A stretch of DNA of 64,000 nt from Mobula hypostoma (taxonomy: Eukaryota). Of the stretch, positions 47,790 through 59,704 are shown piece by piece. Below the pieces are notes generated by a model. The model saw nothing but the letters and a program-made list of their open reading frames with translations. It made no database searches and was not told the DNA's origin. The DNA is taken from contig NC_086109.1 in NCBI RefSeq assembly GCF_963921235.1, positions 34,784,001 through 34,848,000 of the forward strand, given 5' to 3'. The position numbers and the translations under genes were made by a program. The first letter of the stretch is position 1, and each line of letters starts with the position of its first letter.

Positions 47790-48302
47790 AGTTAGCTCAT
47801 CCTGTGCCTTGGTTGAAGCATCAACTTCACTAACTTCTGGTAATATTTTCCCCTCCCCCTTCTCTCTTCTTGCATTCCCCAGGCTGGCTTCCCTCTTATC
47901 TCTTCTCTTCTGCTCACCTGCCTATCATCTCCCCTAGTGCCTCTCTTCCTTCCATTTCTTCCATGGTCCACCATCATCTCCGATCAGATTTCTTCTTTTC
48001 CAGCCCTTTGTCTTTTCAACATATCACTTCCCAGCTTCACACTTCATCCCTCCCTCCCCACCTACTAACCTTCCCCCTTACTTGGCTTCACCTATCACCT
48101 TCTCACGTGCTTCTTCCCTTCCCCCCACCCCCCCAACCTTATTCTGGCTTCTTCTCCCTTCCTTTCCACTGCAAGTGAAGTGTCTCGGCCGAAAACATCG
48201 GCTGTATTCCTTTCTCTAGATTCTGCCTGAACAGGTGAGTTTCCTCCAGCAGTTTGTATGTGTTACACTGGATTTCCAGCATCCGCAGAATCTCCTGTGT
48301 TA
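47790..48302 (+). mobile_element. Old PLE 3' end (GIY-YIG tail, pyrimidine-rich UTR, degenerate hammerhead)
   Basis: AGCATCAACTTCACTAACTTCTGGTAA resembles NIDFSNFR*; GTGAAGTGTCTCGGCCGAAAACATCGGCT. Confidence 0.75.
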
Positions 48303-48331
48303 TTGTTATATCGATCAACAATCATGCCATT

Positions 48332-49294
48332 ATGGGTCAAACAATGTTTTTGCCAAAACCTAATGAAATTGAAACTTTAATTCAAAAAGGGAAAATTAAA
48401 AAATTTATTTCTTGTATGTACAATTTGATTCAAGAACAGACAATTAAACAAGGAATCCATAAGTCAAAGCAAAAATGGGAAACAGATCTGAATATTAATA
48501 TTGTTGAAACAAATTGGTCAAGACTCTTTCTTGACAGTATGACAAATACAATAAATGTTCGACTTAGATTAGTACAATATAATTTTTTACACCAATTATA
48601 TATTACACCACAAAAATAAATAGATTAAATTCAAATCTATCCGATAAATGCTTTCGGTGTAATCAAGAAATTGGTACTTTCTTATATTCTACTTGGTCTT
48701 GTTTTAAAATTCAACCCTTTTGGATAAATTTAAGAGTCTTATTGGAACAAATTACTGGAACTCAACTTCCATATAACTCTGTATTATTTCTATTAGGTGA
48801 TATTGAAGGGATAAAGCCGAAACTTAAATTGAATAAATATCATAAAGAATTTATAAAAATTGCATTGGCAGTAGCTAAGAAGACTATAGCAGTTGCTTGG
48901 AAATCTGATTCATATTTAAGTATGGATCGTTGGAATAATGAAATGGCTAGTTCTATTCCACTCGAAAAAATTACTTATAATTTAAGAGATAAATATGTAA
49001 CATTTTTGAATATTTGGCGCCCTTATTTACAAAAGATAGGATGGCATATTTAAGTGCTCCGATAAAGATCTTGGTCCCTTGGGGAAAGTAACGAATAATT
49101 ATACCAAATTTATTTTGAATCCCATGGAGCATGTGGAAATCTTCCAATACCCAGGCGGCTTTCTTTTTTTTCTCTCTTCTTTCTTTTTAGATAGGACTAT
49201 ATATGGGGGGGGGGAACGGTTAAGGGGAGGGGGAAGGGTAGATTTTATATTTTCATGTATTCTTTTTGAAAACTCAATAAAAATTATATTATAA
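48332..49294 (+). mobile_element. 5'-truncated L1-clade LINE with perfect 15-bp TSD
   Basis: KWETDL..QYNFLHQLYITP..CFRC..GTF..TWSC..PFW zinc-binding C-terminus; AATAAA; TSD AACAATCATGCCATT at 48317-48331 and 49295-49309. Confidence 0.9.
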
Positions 49295-49868
49295 AACAAT
49301 CATGCCATTTAAAAAAAAAGGGAGTTAAAATATTTCGGCCAAGTTTCAGTCACCTATTGTATTTATCTCATTCTATGCATTTTAGTACTGTTTTTCATCC
49401 TTTATATTTCTTGGCCAGCATTGCAACATTAATATATAATTCAATCATTAAGTAAGCTGCCTGTCCAGTTGAACCATTAATTTGCCATTGCGCAGAGTGT
49501 TATAGGGATGAAACCTAACCTTGATTTTGTTTGTACTCACTCTGGGGAAATTGCTCTGAGATCTTTGCCTTGAATTGTGTTTTATTATCCCATGTAGCTG
49601 CTCTACTGCAGATAGAATGACTTGTAAAGTATGGATTTTTTTTTCCATTTGTAGGTCTCCCACTACTTTAGATTCTTCTGACAGCAGATCTCATAATATG
49701 TTGATATCATGGTCTTCTTTGGTGCACTAGGAATTGTATAGAACAGTCTCTTGAGAGGTAGATAAAACTTTCATACTCCAGGAGGCAATTAGTCAATATT
49801 CTTACGGTTCGGTAGAAGGTTGCTGATGGACAGTTTCAAACTTTTTAAAAATAAAAACGTGTGAGTTA

Positions 49869-50372
49869 CACTCAGTGGCCAGTTTATTAGGTACACCTGC
49901 AGAGCTCGTTTATGCCAATTTCTTATCGGCCAAACATGTTGCTGCGACTCAATGCATAATAGCATGGTCAAGAGGTTCTCTTGTTGTTCAGACCAAACAT
50001 CAGAATGGGAAGAAATATGATCTAAGTGAATTTGACTGTGGAATGTTTGTTGGTGCTGGAAGGGATGGTTTGAGTATCTCAGAAACTGCTGATCTGGAAT
50101 TTTCATATACAACAGTCTCTAGGGTTTACTGAGAATGGTGTGGGAAAAACAAAAACATCCAGGAGGCAGCAATTCCGTGGGCAAAAATGCCTTGGTAATG
50201 AAAGAATTCAGAGGAGAATGGCCAGACTGGTTCAAGTTGACAGGAACTCAAATAACCATGCATTTGCAACAATGGTATGCAGTAGAGCATCTCAAACACA
50301 AAACATGTTGAACCTTGAAGTGGATGGGCAGTAGAAGATCAGAAGCATACTCTTAGTGGCCACTTTATCAGG
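49869..50372 (+). mobile_element. Tc1-like non-autonomous element with transposase N-terminal HTH fragment
   Basis: TA|CACTCAGTGGCCAGTTTATTAGGTACACC; GKKYDLSEFDCGMFVGA..GLSISETADL..TTVSRVY. Confidence 0.85.
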
Positions 50373-52018
50373 TTCCGGAGGTACACACTCAAACAATTGC
50401 ACGAGCAGTCTTTTCTACTTCTCTGTTTCCTCATTATATCTATCATGAAGACTATAGCTGATAGCATGACACCAAATCCAAGAGACATCACACGAACTGT
50501 GATTTAACACACATAGGCTTTCACCAGGCCTATGTTTTAATTTTGGGGCCATACATCTGTGAGTGGTCACTTGGGAGAAGGTTAAAACTTCTATGCAGCT
50601 TAAGGCCCATAAAATTAAAGAGGCTATGTTCACCCTTCCATGCAACTTGGTTTCCAAATCTCCTTGGATATTCTAGAAATATATTATACAGCATAAAGTT
50701 CAATACCACAATTCTTCCCATAATTTAACTCTCTGTGCTTGGTGTCCAGCAGGGAGGGAGACAACTGACTCTTTCAGTTAATGTACAGTGGCATAAAAGA
50801 AAACTAGTTAAGTGAATGTTTGATGAAGAGTGTAAATGAAGATCATGTTTAAACCTAATTAAATGCTTTGTGGGTTCTATCGTAAGACATAGGAGCAGAA
50901 TTAGGTAATTCAGCCCACCATTTGGAATAAGGGACCATAAATATGTTCTAACAAAGTAGGATTAAAAGTAATAATATAAATTTAAAAACGCATAATATAA
51001 AATACGGTCAGATGGATATGCTGGAGTTTTCTTAACTTTTGTCCGGGCCCATGAAAAATCTAGGTACTTATTGTCTACGAGATAGTCTGGGAGGAAGCTG
51101 AGAAATTGGACCTGGGAAAAGAATAATTTGTGCTTCTTTATATATATATATATAAAAGTATTCTGTGCATGTTTTAAAGTATTTGATTTCATTTCTCAAT
51201 CCTATCCACTGAGAAATTGGACCAGGCACTTCTTGGCATGATTCACCCTAGTGCAGCTATCATTTTGTACACATGACAACTTCAATGTGTGCTTTAAGCT
51301 ACTGACAGATGTCGGGTCAAACTGTTGTAACCTATGGCCATTGCTTTTCGCTCAGACTTAAAGGATATGTTTACAGTATAGAAAGATGAAAAACGATGGT
51401 AATTTAAAAGGTTCCTTGTGGGGCCGCTGGTTTTCTTTTCAATGACATCTGCACATTGATTTACAATTTTTGGTGATAGAAAATAAGGGTGTATTATCCA
51501 TAAACTAGACTTGTGATCTTTGGGCACCATGGCAATGGCAATGTATGTCCGAGATTTTTGTTCCATTAGTATGGGACGGCTCTATCACCCAATCTTGCAA
51601 CATTTAACCTTTTAGCTCGCCCCCAATTCCCTGGATTCCCATCCTTAGCATTTGATCGTGCCTCTCTCTATTCTCCTTGCCACTCTGTATTTTCTTCATC
51701 TCCATGGTAGCCACCTCAGTTATTAGCCATGCTGATGCACATCCCAGCAGACAGCTGCTGTGTGTGAGCACAGATACTAGCTATTGTTTTTAAATGGGAG
51801 AAAACCATGACATCCCTTTTAAAGCCAGGATGGCCCATCAGGCAATTTCTTATCTGCAAATGATAAGACAGTAAAGCAAACCATAGCAATCATGTTGTGC
51901 ACCGAAAAACGGTGTAATTCAAGTTATAGGATAGAGATTGTAAGTTTGGTGCAAAATTTAAGTAAAATGGCCTTATGCCCAATGTCTTGTGATGCGACAG
52001 GTGGGTGCACAATTAATA

Positions 52019-52037
52019 TTGTCACTAGGTGGCACTA
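52019..52037 (+). promoter_or_regulatory. Candidate CTCF binding motif
   Basis: TTGTCACTAGGTGGCACTA fits the CTCF core consensus; lies in apparently unique sequence. Confidence 0.5.
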
Positions 52038-52989
52038 GCCTATTTAATAATTAATTGAGTTTATATTTATACAAAGCATTGAATACAATTATGGAGAAAG
52101 CACCACAAATAATTCAATATTTACCTTTATTTCTGATTGTTTGAACCTATCATTGAACATATATACATGATACTTGAGATTCTAAATGGATTACTAGACT
52201 TCTCAACTGAATTGTTCTTCTGAAGTGCTTCATTCTAAATCCCCCATGCATTAGAACTAGTGGCGTGATGCAGTAACTGATAAGCACATTGGCTGAGACA
52301 GTTTGGAGTGTAAGGCACACACAATCATCAACTAAGGTATGAAAATATAATTGGTCTTCATCTAAATATAGCAGTGAGTAAGTGATTAATTTTTTGCAGG
52401 TTATGTTTAAATCGGCAAATACCAAGTGGCCTTGAGTTTAATAAATCTCCCTTTGAAAAACAGACTTATTTGTTATTCTACTTGACACTAAGTGGTTGCA
52501 AACTTGGTACAACATAGTAATAGTCTCATTAGCCACTGAATCCTCCTGTAGCTTTTCAGTTTAATATGCCAACATATAAAATATTCTGCCAAAGCAAAGA
52601 CTGGCATCAGCTTGCTGCTGCCTGTTACGAATGGCCTGGTGACACATCCCGAAATGTCTCTTTTATAGCTGGAGCTCTGCTTAATTGATGCAGTTGACAG
52701 TGTGGGTAAAGAGGATAATGGTTCCCTGAACTGGGGAAAAAAGAGCCACCCAGCTGGGGAAAGTCCCTTGTTTTTATCCGCAGCAAAGTGGCACCCACAG
52801 ACAAGGATTGCAGTCATCTCAGACAGCTGGTAGCAATCAATTTGATAATATAAACACAAAATTGTTCTGTACTAAAAAATCCCAGGTACAGTGCAGATAC
52901 ACTCTAAGCTTGAAATCTTTTCTGTCCCCTTTTTTTAAAAAAAGGATTTGGCGTTTCCCTAATGGCATCTAACCTGGATTTATGGAATC

Positions 52990-53465
52990 ATTCACTGCAG
53001 AAGCAGGCCATTCGGCATAGTGAGTCCACACCCATCAAGCAGATACTTGCACTAATCCTACACTAATCCCATTTTATTCCCATCACATTCCTAACATCTC
53101 AGCCTGCTTGATGTAATTCCCAGTTCACTGCACTTGTACTGAGAATGCCAAGGTCAAAACTGGGCCCATTCCCATGGTAAAGGGGAGCTAAACAGGGTTA
53201 ACCCATTTTCCCCATTTTATTTAACATTCTGATGGGTATTTTATCATGTTGTTTAGACAGATATGGGTCCGGACACACTCTTGGTGCAGACCTACAACTA
53301 CACACTTGAGGTAATTCACAGTAATTTATCTACCAATCTGCATTTCTTTGGGATGTCGGATTAGACAAGAATATCGAGAGGAAACCCACGTAATCACAGA
53401 ATATGTGTAGATTCCACGCTGACTCATCCGGTGGTCTAGATTGGACATAGGTGACTAGAGCTAAC
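52990..53465 (-). mobile_element. Degenerate SINE
   Basis: GAGGAAACCCACGTAATCACAG and GCAGGCCATTCGGC motifs shared with the other SINEs. Confidence 0.5.
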
Positions 53466-53639
53466 AAGAAATAGTTCTATGAAATTTGCTGGAAATTTTT
53501 GTTTCCAGAGCTTTCTTCCTAATCCCATCAGCAAGGCCACTCCATCCATACATTCTGATGCTGCCAATGTTCTCAGGTCCCTGCGTCCCCTCCCCCGCCA
53601 ATCTGATTGTTCGTCCCCTCATCATCCCCCTGACCTTTA

Positions 53640-54263
53640 CAGACATTTCACCCTGCAAAAACTCATTTCAGGGAGGTAGCACCATCAATTTGTGGGAGAC
53701 TCCTAGAACTTCCGGGAAAGGTCTGCAATAGAATAGCTCCTTAGCATCTAGCCAGCTAGATTAAATAACGTTAGCTACGCCAATGAACGAATGACACCTG
53801 TTAAACTCACCTCAAGATGTCTTTTACAGTCTTAACCCACCATGGGCAATAGAAAGGTCACTGTTGCAAACAGTGCAGCGAGCAACACTGTCATTATTTT
53901 TGACCCCTATTTGGCAGGGGTACACTTTAGTGTAGTCTGGGGTGACGTATGTTTTATATTTTCTTTTTTTGGAACACTCTGCCATGGCGCACTCTCTCTC
54001 TCGTGTTCGCTCGCTCTCTCTCACATGCTCTCTCTCACATGCTCTCTCTCGCTCTCTCTCTCTCTCTCGTGGTCGCTCGCTCTCTCTCACGCTCTCTCAT
54101 TCTCTCTCGCGCGTTCTCTCTCACGTTGCTCTCGCTCTCTCTCTCTCTCTCTCGCTCTCAAAAAAATTGGTCTCTGGGACATTGTATATAATTTGCGGGC
54201 ATCAGGGAGCCACTATTAATATGCGGGAGACACCCGGAACTTCCGGGAGAGGTGGGGTGTCTG
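53640..54263 (-). mobile_element. Non-autonomous hAT element (copy 2) with 6-bp TSD CCTTTA, inserted in an old PLE fragment
   Basis: Same structure as 43078-43719; exon 53985-53811 MAECSKKRKYKTY..ARCTVCNSDLSIAHGG/DCKRHLE followed by GTGAGT. Confidence 0.85.
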
Positions 54264-54861
54264 CCTTTACCTCCTGTAGTCCTCAATCAGAATGATAACC
54301 TTGCATCCATGTTCCTCTCCTCTTTGACCCTCCCTTCATTGAGATCCTCCGCATAGTCAACCCCCTTCCCTCACTGGCTTCTTGCCTCATGATCCACTTT
54401 TCCTCAGTCCTTTTCAAGCCCCTAATTCACTTCTACACTGATCTATCCCCTCTGAAATGGCAGGCAATTGTGAAGGGCAGGCTTATGTGTGGAAATTGGT
54501 TCTGTAAGACCTGTTTCAATGTGTGCAAGACATTGGGCCTACTCCCAATGGAATTTTGCCATCTGAAACTGCAGGCTCCTGGTGTGACAGGCTTCAATTT
54601 GTTACTAGCAGACTTTGTTTTTGCTGTTTGCTGATCTTACGCCTTTGGTGAAAAGTGATTTTTGAACTGATAAGTTTTCTCTCTCAAAATGTACAGTTTA
54701 TCCATGTAGGCCTAAATCTTGTGCAGTGAAACAAATAAACAATTCTTGTTTTCCAATCAGTCTTCCAGATATGAAGTCATAATAAATTGTGCTGGAGCTT
54801 CCTATGGATTATCAGCTGGACATAGTCATCCCTTTGGTTCCATTTATTCAAAAGATGACAT

Positions 54862-55386
54862 TTTGTGTAGCAGTTAGTACTGCTGTCTCAGTATTATGTA
54901 ATTTTGACCTCTGGTGTTGTTGGAGTGGAGCTTGCAGGTTTTCCTTGTGATTATGTGTTTTTTTCTGTTTTTTCCCCACCTTTCTATCATATCTCAACCA
55001 TGTGCAGATAGCTTAACTGATCACCCAAAATTAACCCTTGGATTAGTTAGGTGGCAGAGTTGTACTCAAGAGGAGCTGATGTGCTGTGAGAGCTTTTACA
55101 GCAAGGTTCTGCTTTTTTTCTTTTTTTTAAATTCTCTTTCTTTCTCTCTCACTCTCTTTCTCACCCTCTCTTTCTCTCTTTCTCTTTCTCTCTCACCCTC
55201 TCCTGCTCACACTCCCTCTCACACTCTCACTTTCTCACTCACTCTTTCTCTCTCTCTCACTCTCTCTCACTCTTTCTCTCACTCTCTCACTCTGTGGCCA
55301 ATGCATCTGCCTGTGATACTGCTGCAAACAGGTTTTTCATTGAATCTGTACCTCACTTGTGTACATGAAAATAAACTTGACTTGAA
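54862..55386 (+). mobile_element. Degenerate SINE with (CT)/(CTCA) microsatellite and LINE-type tail
   Basis: tRNA-like head, microsatellite 55130-55293, tail AATAAACTTGACTTGA. Confidence 0.55.
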
Positions 55387-55569
55387 ATAATAAAAGGGCG
55401 AATTGGACTGATGAGATTGCTACTCTGGGTGCTGGCATGAATCCGATTGGCTGAACAATTTCCTTCTATGTCACAATTACAAATGAGGGACGAAAACATC
55501 TTTGATGCTAATTGAGCAGTAAGGTATTCTATCATCTCTTTAATCCACTTTCCTTCCCATGAGGTGTTT

Positions 55570-55920
55570 TAGACCATAAGGTATAGGAGTGGAATTAGGC
55601 TATTTTGCCTATTGACTCTTCTCCGCCATTTCATCATAGCTGATCCATTTTCCCCCTCAATCCCAGTCTCCTGCTTTCTCCCCATATCCCTTCACACCCA
55701 GACCAATCAATAATCTATCAATCTCTGCCTTAAATATACCCAGCAACTTGGTCTCCACAGCCACCTGTGGCAACAAATTCCACAGATTCACTACTCTCTG
55801 GCTAAAGAAATTCCTCCTCGTCACCGTTCTAAAAGGACACCCTCTATATTGAGGCTGACCCCCTCTGGTCTTAGACTCCCCCACCATAAGAAACATCCTC
55901 TCCACATCCACTCTATCGAG
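55570..55920 (-). mobile_element. CR1 3' fragment
   Basis: LDRVDVERMF..RNFFSQRVVNLWN in ORF 55657-56004. Confidence 0.85.
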
Positions 55921-55974
55921 TTTTTCATCAAGCGAAGTGACCGATAATATAATGTTTTGATGCCTGTTACACAA

Positions 55975-56408
55975 AATGGTCCAGAGTTCAAAGTTTGTGA
56001 TCAAGGGGTCCTAGGGTTGATACCGGATGTCAAAGATCGAAGCTGGTGAATCCAGAGGTTGAGGGCCTACCCATGTGAGTCTGCACCTGTGAGTCCTGGC
56101 CCAATGACTGACGGTCCAGGCCCAAGGACTCCAGAGGCTGCGTGTCCTGGGGCTGGAGGTCAGTCTGTGTGTGAGAGAGGGTGGACGAATGGGTGGGAGG
56201 GAGGAAAGGGGATTGTTTTGTTATTGCTGTCATTATGCTGTTGTCCTGCTGGCCATTATGGGCACGCTAAGTTGACACCACAGTGTGTGGTAATACTTAC
56301 AGGCTGTCTCCAGCACATCTCCTGGGTTGTGTTGATTGTCAAAACAAATGACACATTTCACTGTATTTTTGATGTACATGTAATAAGTAAATTAATTTGA
56401 ATCTGGAA
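55975..56408 (+). repeat. Unclassified SINE or LINE-tail repeat
   Basis: Ends CATTTCACTGTATTTTTGATGTACATGTAATAAGTAAATT...AATCTG. Confidence 0.5.
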
Positions 56409-58044
56409 TAAAGAAAATATTATTGCCTGAGTAGCTCAAAATGCCTCTGATTATTATATATGCGTGTAGTGTTCAGCATCTGGGAACTAATCAAGAAAAG
56501 AACCCAGCTGTGTATTTGACAAGAGCCTCAAGATTACCAGCATTTAACATGAAATAGCAAACTTAAATGTTGAATTCAAGCCATAATGTTGTTTCAGTAC
56601 GTTAATGAAATCCAAACCTCAGTGACCTTAACATTACTGTATATGGAAGCAAGACAATCTGTTAAAAGAAATGACCAGGGACCATGAAACTCGATAAGTG
56701 GTATTATAACAGAATAAAAGCCATATCTTAGAAATTGCCGGATATAACGTTATCATGAGAATGCTTAAGGCAATTGCATCACACTCCTCCGATCACTATT
56801 ATAATGGAGGCATTAACTCATTTAAAATAAAATGGCCCAGAAATCCGATCATGTAGGGTATTTCAGATTCAAAATGAACTTCTCCCACAGCGAAGCACAT
56901 CTGTAACTATTTCGCATCACTTAGTAAATTCAACTGGCACTTGTCAGCCCACAAAGGAAAACAGAATCCACTGCTGAGTAGTGTCATTGCCTGAAGGACC
57001 TCTGTAGTCTGCAGAACAACCAACGGTGCATCACATCACATCACACCACCACCAGGCAGGGTTAATATTAAAGTGCACTTAATTTTCTTGACCAAAGACT
57101 TTGATAAAGTGGTGGGGCTGGGGGAAAGAGGGAGAGAACCTGGAAGTTTTGAATTAATATAACCATATAACCAGTTATGCAGTCTTTCCATGAGGGGGAG
57201 GTGTTCTAAGAGGAATTAATTTAATCACCTCCATTGCAATTTCTCTATTATTAAAGAGACAGCCCTGTCACATTAATAAAGTCAAGCACATCTATTATCA
57301 CTACACTTTATACAACCTTGAGATCCGTCTTCTTGCAGGCAGCTACAAAACAAAGAAACCCATTAAAACAAATGAAGACCGTCAAACGCCCAACGTGCAG
57401 AGAGGAAAAAAATGTAAACACCATGCAAGCAATAAAACTAAGCAAATAGCATTTAGAACTAAACTTCACAAAAGTGAGTTCACGCTGTGATAGCTGCAGG
57501 CCACAGCCTAAGTTCAAGTTCAATGCAGAGATGAGTAAAGCTGATGGAGTAGCAAGTTGAAGTTCAGCGCAAAGACAAGTAAGCCTTATGGAGCAGCAAT
57601 TTGAACCGGCCTATGCCTCACCTCTGACCCTGACACCGTTTTTCTTTTCAATCTTAACTTGTCTTTCTATACAAATCTACAGATGTTAGTTATGATCCAA
57701 TTTAAAATTTACCTTCCTGTGGGCACTCTTCGTCACTTGTTTTGCATACTATTAAAGTTTTGTTATCGTTTTCTAATTTTTGCTTATGATGTATGTTTTC
57801 AGGAAATTAAACTCATTCCAATACTGCAGCTTGCATACGGACATTAATTCATATGTGAAGTTAAGAGACTAAATAGCTCATCAAAAATTATCCCCATTGT
57901 AGAACATTGTTAGCATTTTATTTAGCTGGTTATAATTAAAAATTTGCAAATTGTCCTGCTATATCATAGAACGAGATATCCATCTGACTTAGATACCTTT
58001 TTGATCTTACAGATTTAGTTGTCAAGCATTTTAATTTGAATAAG

Positions 58045-58430
58045 AATTAGAATCAGGTTTATTATCACTGATATATGTCATGAAATTTGTTGTTTTGTAA
58101 CAATAGTACAAAGCAATACATAAAAAATGCTGTTATATTAAGAAATATATAATAGGGAGTCTAAAAAGTGTGGTAGTGTTCATAGATCTGTTCAGAACTC
58201 TGACAGTGGTGGGGAAGATGCTGTTCCTAAAATGTTGACTGTGTGTCTTCAGCTCTTGTACCTCCTCTCTGTTGGTAGTTGTGACATAGAGCATGTTCTG
58301 TGTGGTGAGGGTCCTTAATGATGGATATTGCCTTCTTGAGGCATTACCTATTGAGGATGTCTTCTGGTAGAGAGGCTAGTACCCACAATACAGCCAGCTG
58401 ACTTAACAATCCTCTGCAGCTTTTCTTCTA
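58045..58430 (-). mobile_element. Rex-Babar/L2-type LINE 3' fragment
   Basis: Similar to 38678-39060. Confidence 0.7.
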
Positions 58431-58912
58431 GTCCTGTTCATAGATAATTAAAATAATTTCAAACATAATTAAAAGTTGTGATATTATCATAAGCCATGAG
58501 TGAGACCGCAGGGATGTTTAGAGGTTTTGTTAATTGTCACAGAAAATGAGCAGAACTCTAATTCTTGTGCAAGACGCAGAGTAAATTTTGCCCAAGAATG
58601 CTCATAATTTGGAAAAAAAAGAAACAACATTTCAGTCTAGCAAAGCCCAAATATGTCTTCAAGCTGAAGCAAAACTTATGAGTACTGGAAATCTGAGAAG
58701 AAAATGAAAAATTGGAAACATTCTGACAAGCAAAGTGAACAATTCAAGTCACTGACCTTTCAGTAGAACTGAAAAATACAAAAGAAAATGTGCTTCGGTA
58801 ACAATTTATGGGTAGAAGAACAGAAGCAATGTTCCTCATATTTGGAAGCCATGATTGTCCAGAGAATATTTACATTTAGAGCACGCAGGTAAACAAACTA
58901 AAAGAAGGAAAT

Positions 58913-59180
58913 CATGGTAGCGTAGTGGTTAGCGTGACAATATTACAGTTCAGGTTGTCAGAGTTCAGAATCCAATCCCGTTGTCCTCTGCAAGGAGTTT
59001 GTCTGTCCTCCCTGTGGAATGCATGGGTTTCCTCCAAGTACTCCATTTCCTCCCACAGTCTAGAGATGTGCCGGTTAGTAGGTTAATTGGTGGTTAGGCT
59101 AGGGTTAAGTTGGTGAGTTGCTGGGTGGTGTGGTTCAAATTACCAGAAGGGCTGTTCCTCACTATATCTCTAAATAAATG
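58913..59180 (+). mobile_element. tRNA-derived SINE
   Basis: TGGTAGCGTAGTGGTTAGC head, shared body, (TAAA)n end. Confidence 0.8.
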
Positions 59181-59704
59181 AGTAAAGATTGTTGGAACTG
59201 TGACAAGAGAACACAGAAGATGCTATAATAGTTTTTAACAAAGGAGTATTACAAATTACCCACTGGACTGGGCAGCCACAGTGGGGGAAGAAACGTTAAG
59301 TCAATGCTGCAGATGGATCACCTTGCATTTGATTAGTCAGTCCTGACAGGAACAGGAAAGTCTAGTTCCCTGACCTTGTTGAACTCAATAATGGGTCTTA
59401 GGATGGTATTGTGATTTGAAATTAGGAAAGGTGTTGTTCATTAAATGTACCATTCCTGAATAGCCCACTGGTGTCAGAGCAATTTCTGTTTGTTTTGTAT
59501 TTTTGTCACTTTTTGGTGAATAGAAACTTGAACTTTGCTTTTGTGAGCTTGAAGATTAGCTTGGATACAGATAGCAGTCAATAAAGCCCAACTGCATTGG
59601 CTATGAGCAGGAAGATGAGAGAAATATATTGCAAGGTTCTTCTTTCATGCGGGAGTCTAGGATGTAGAAAACAGTTCACGAAAAGAGTTACTTAGATTGT
59701 ACTG

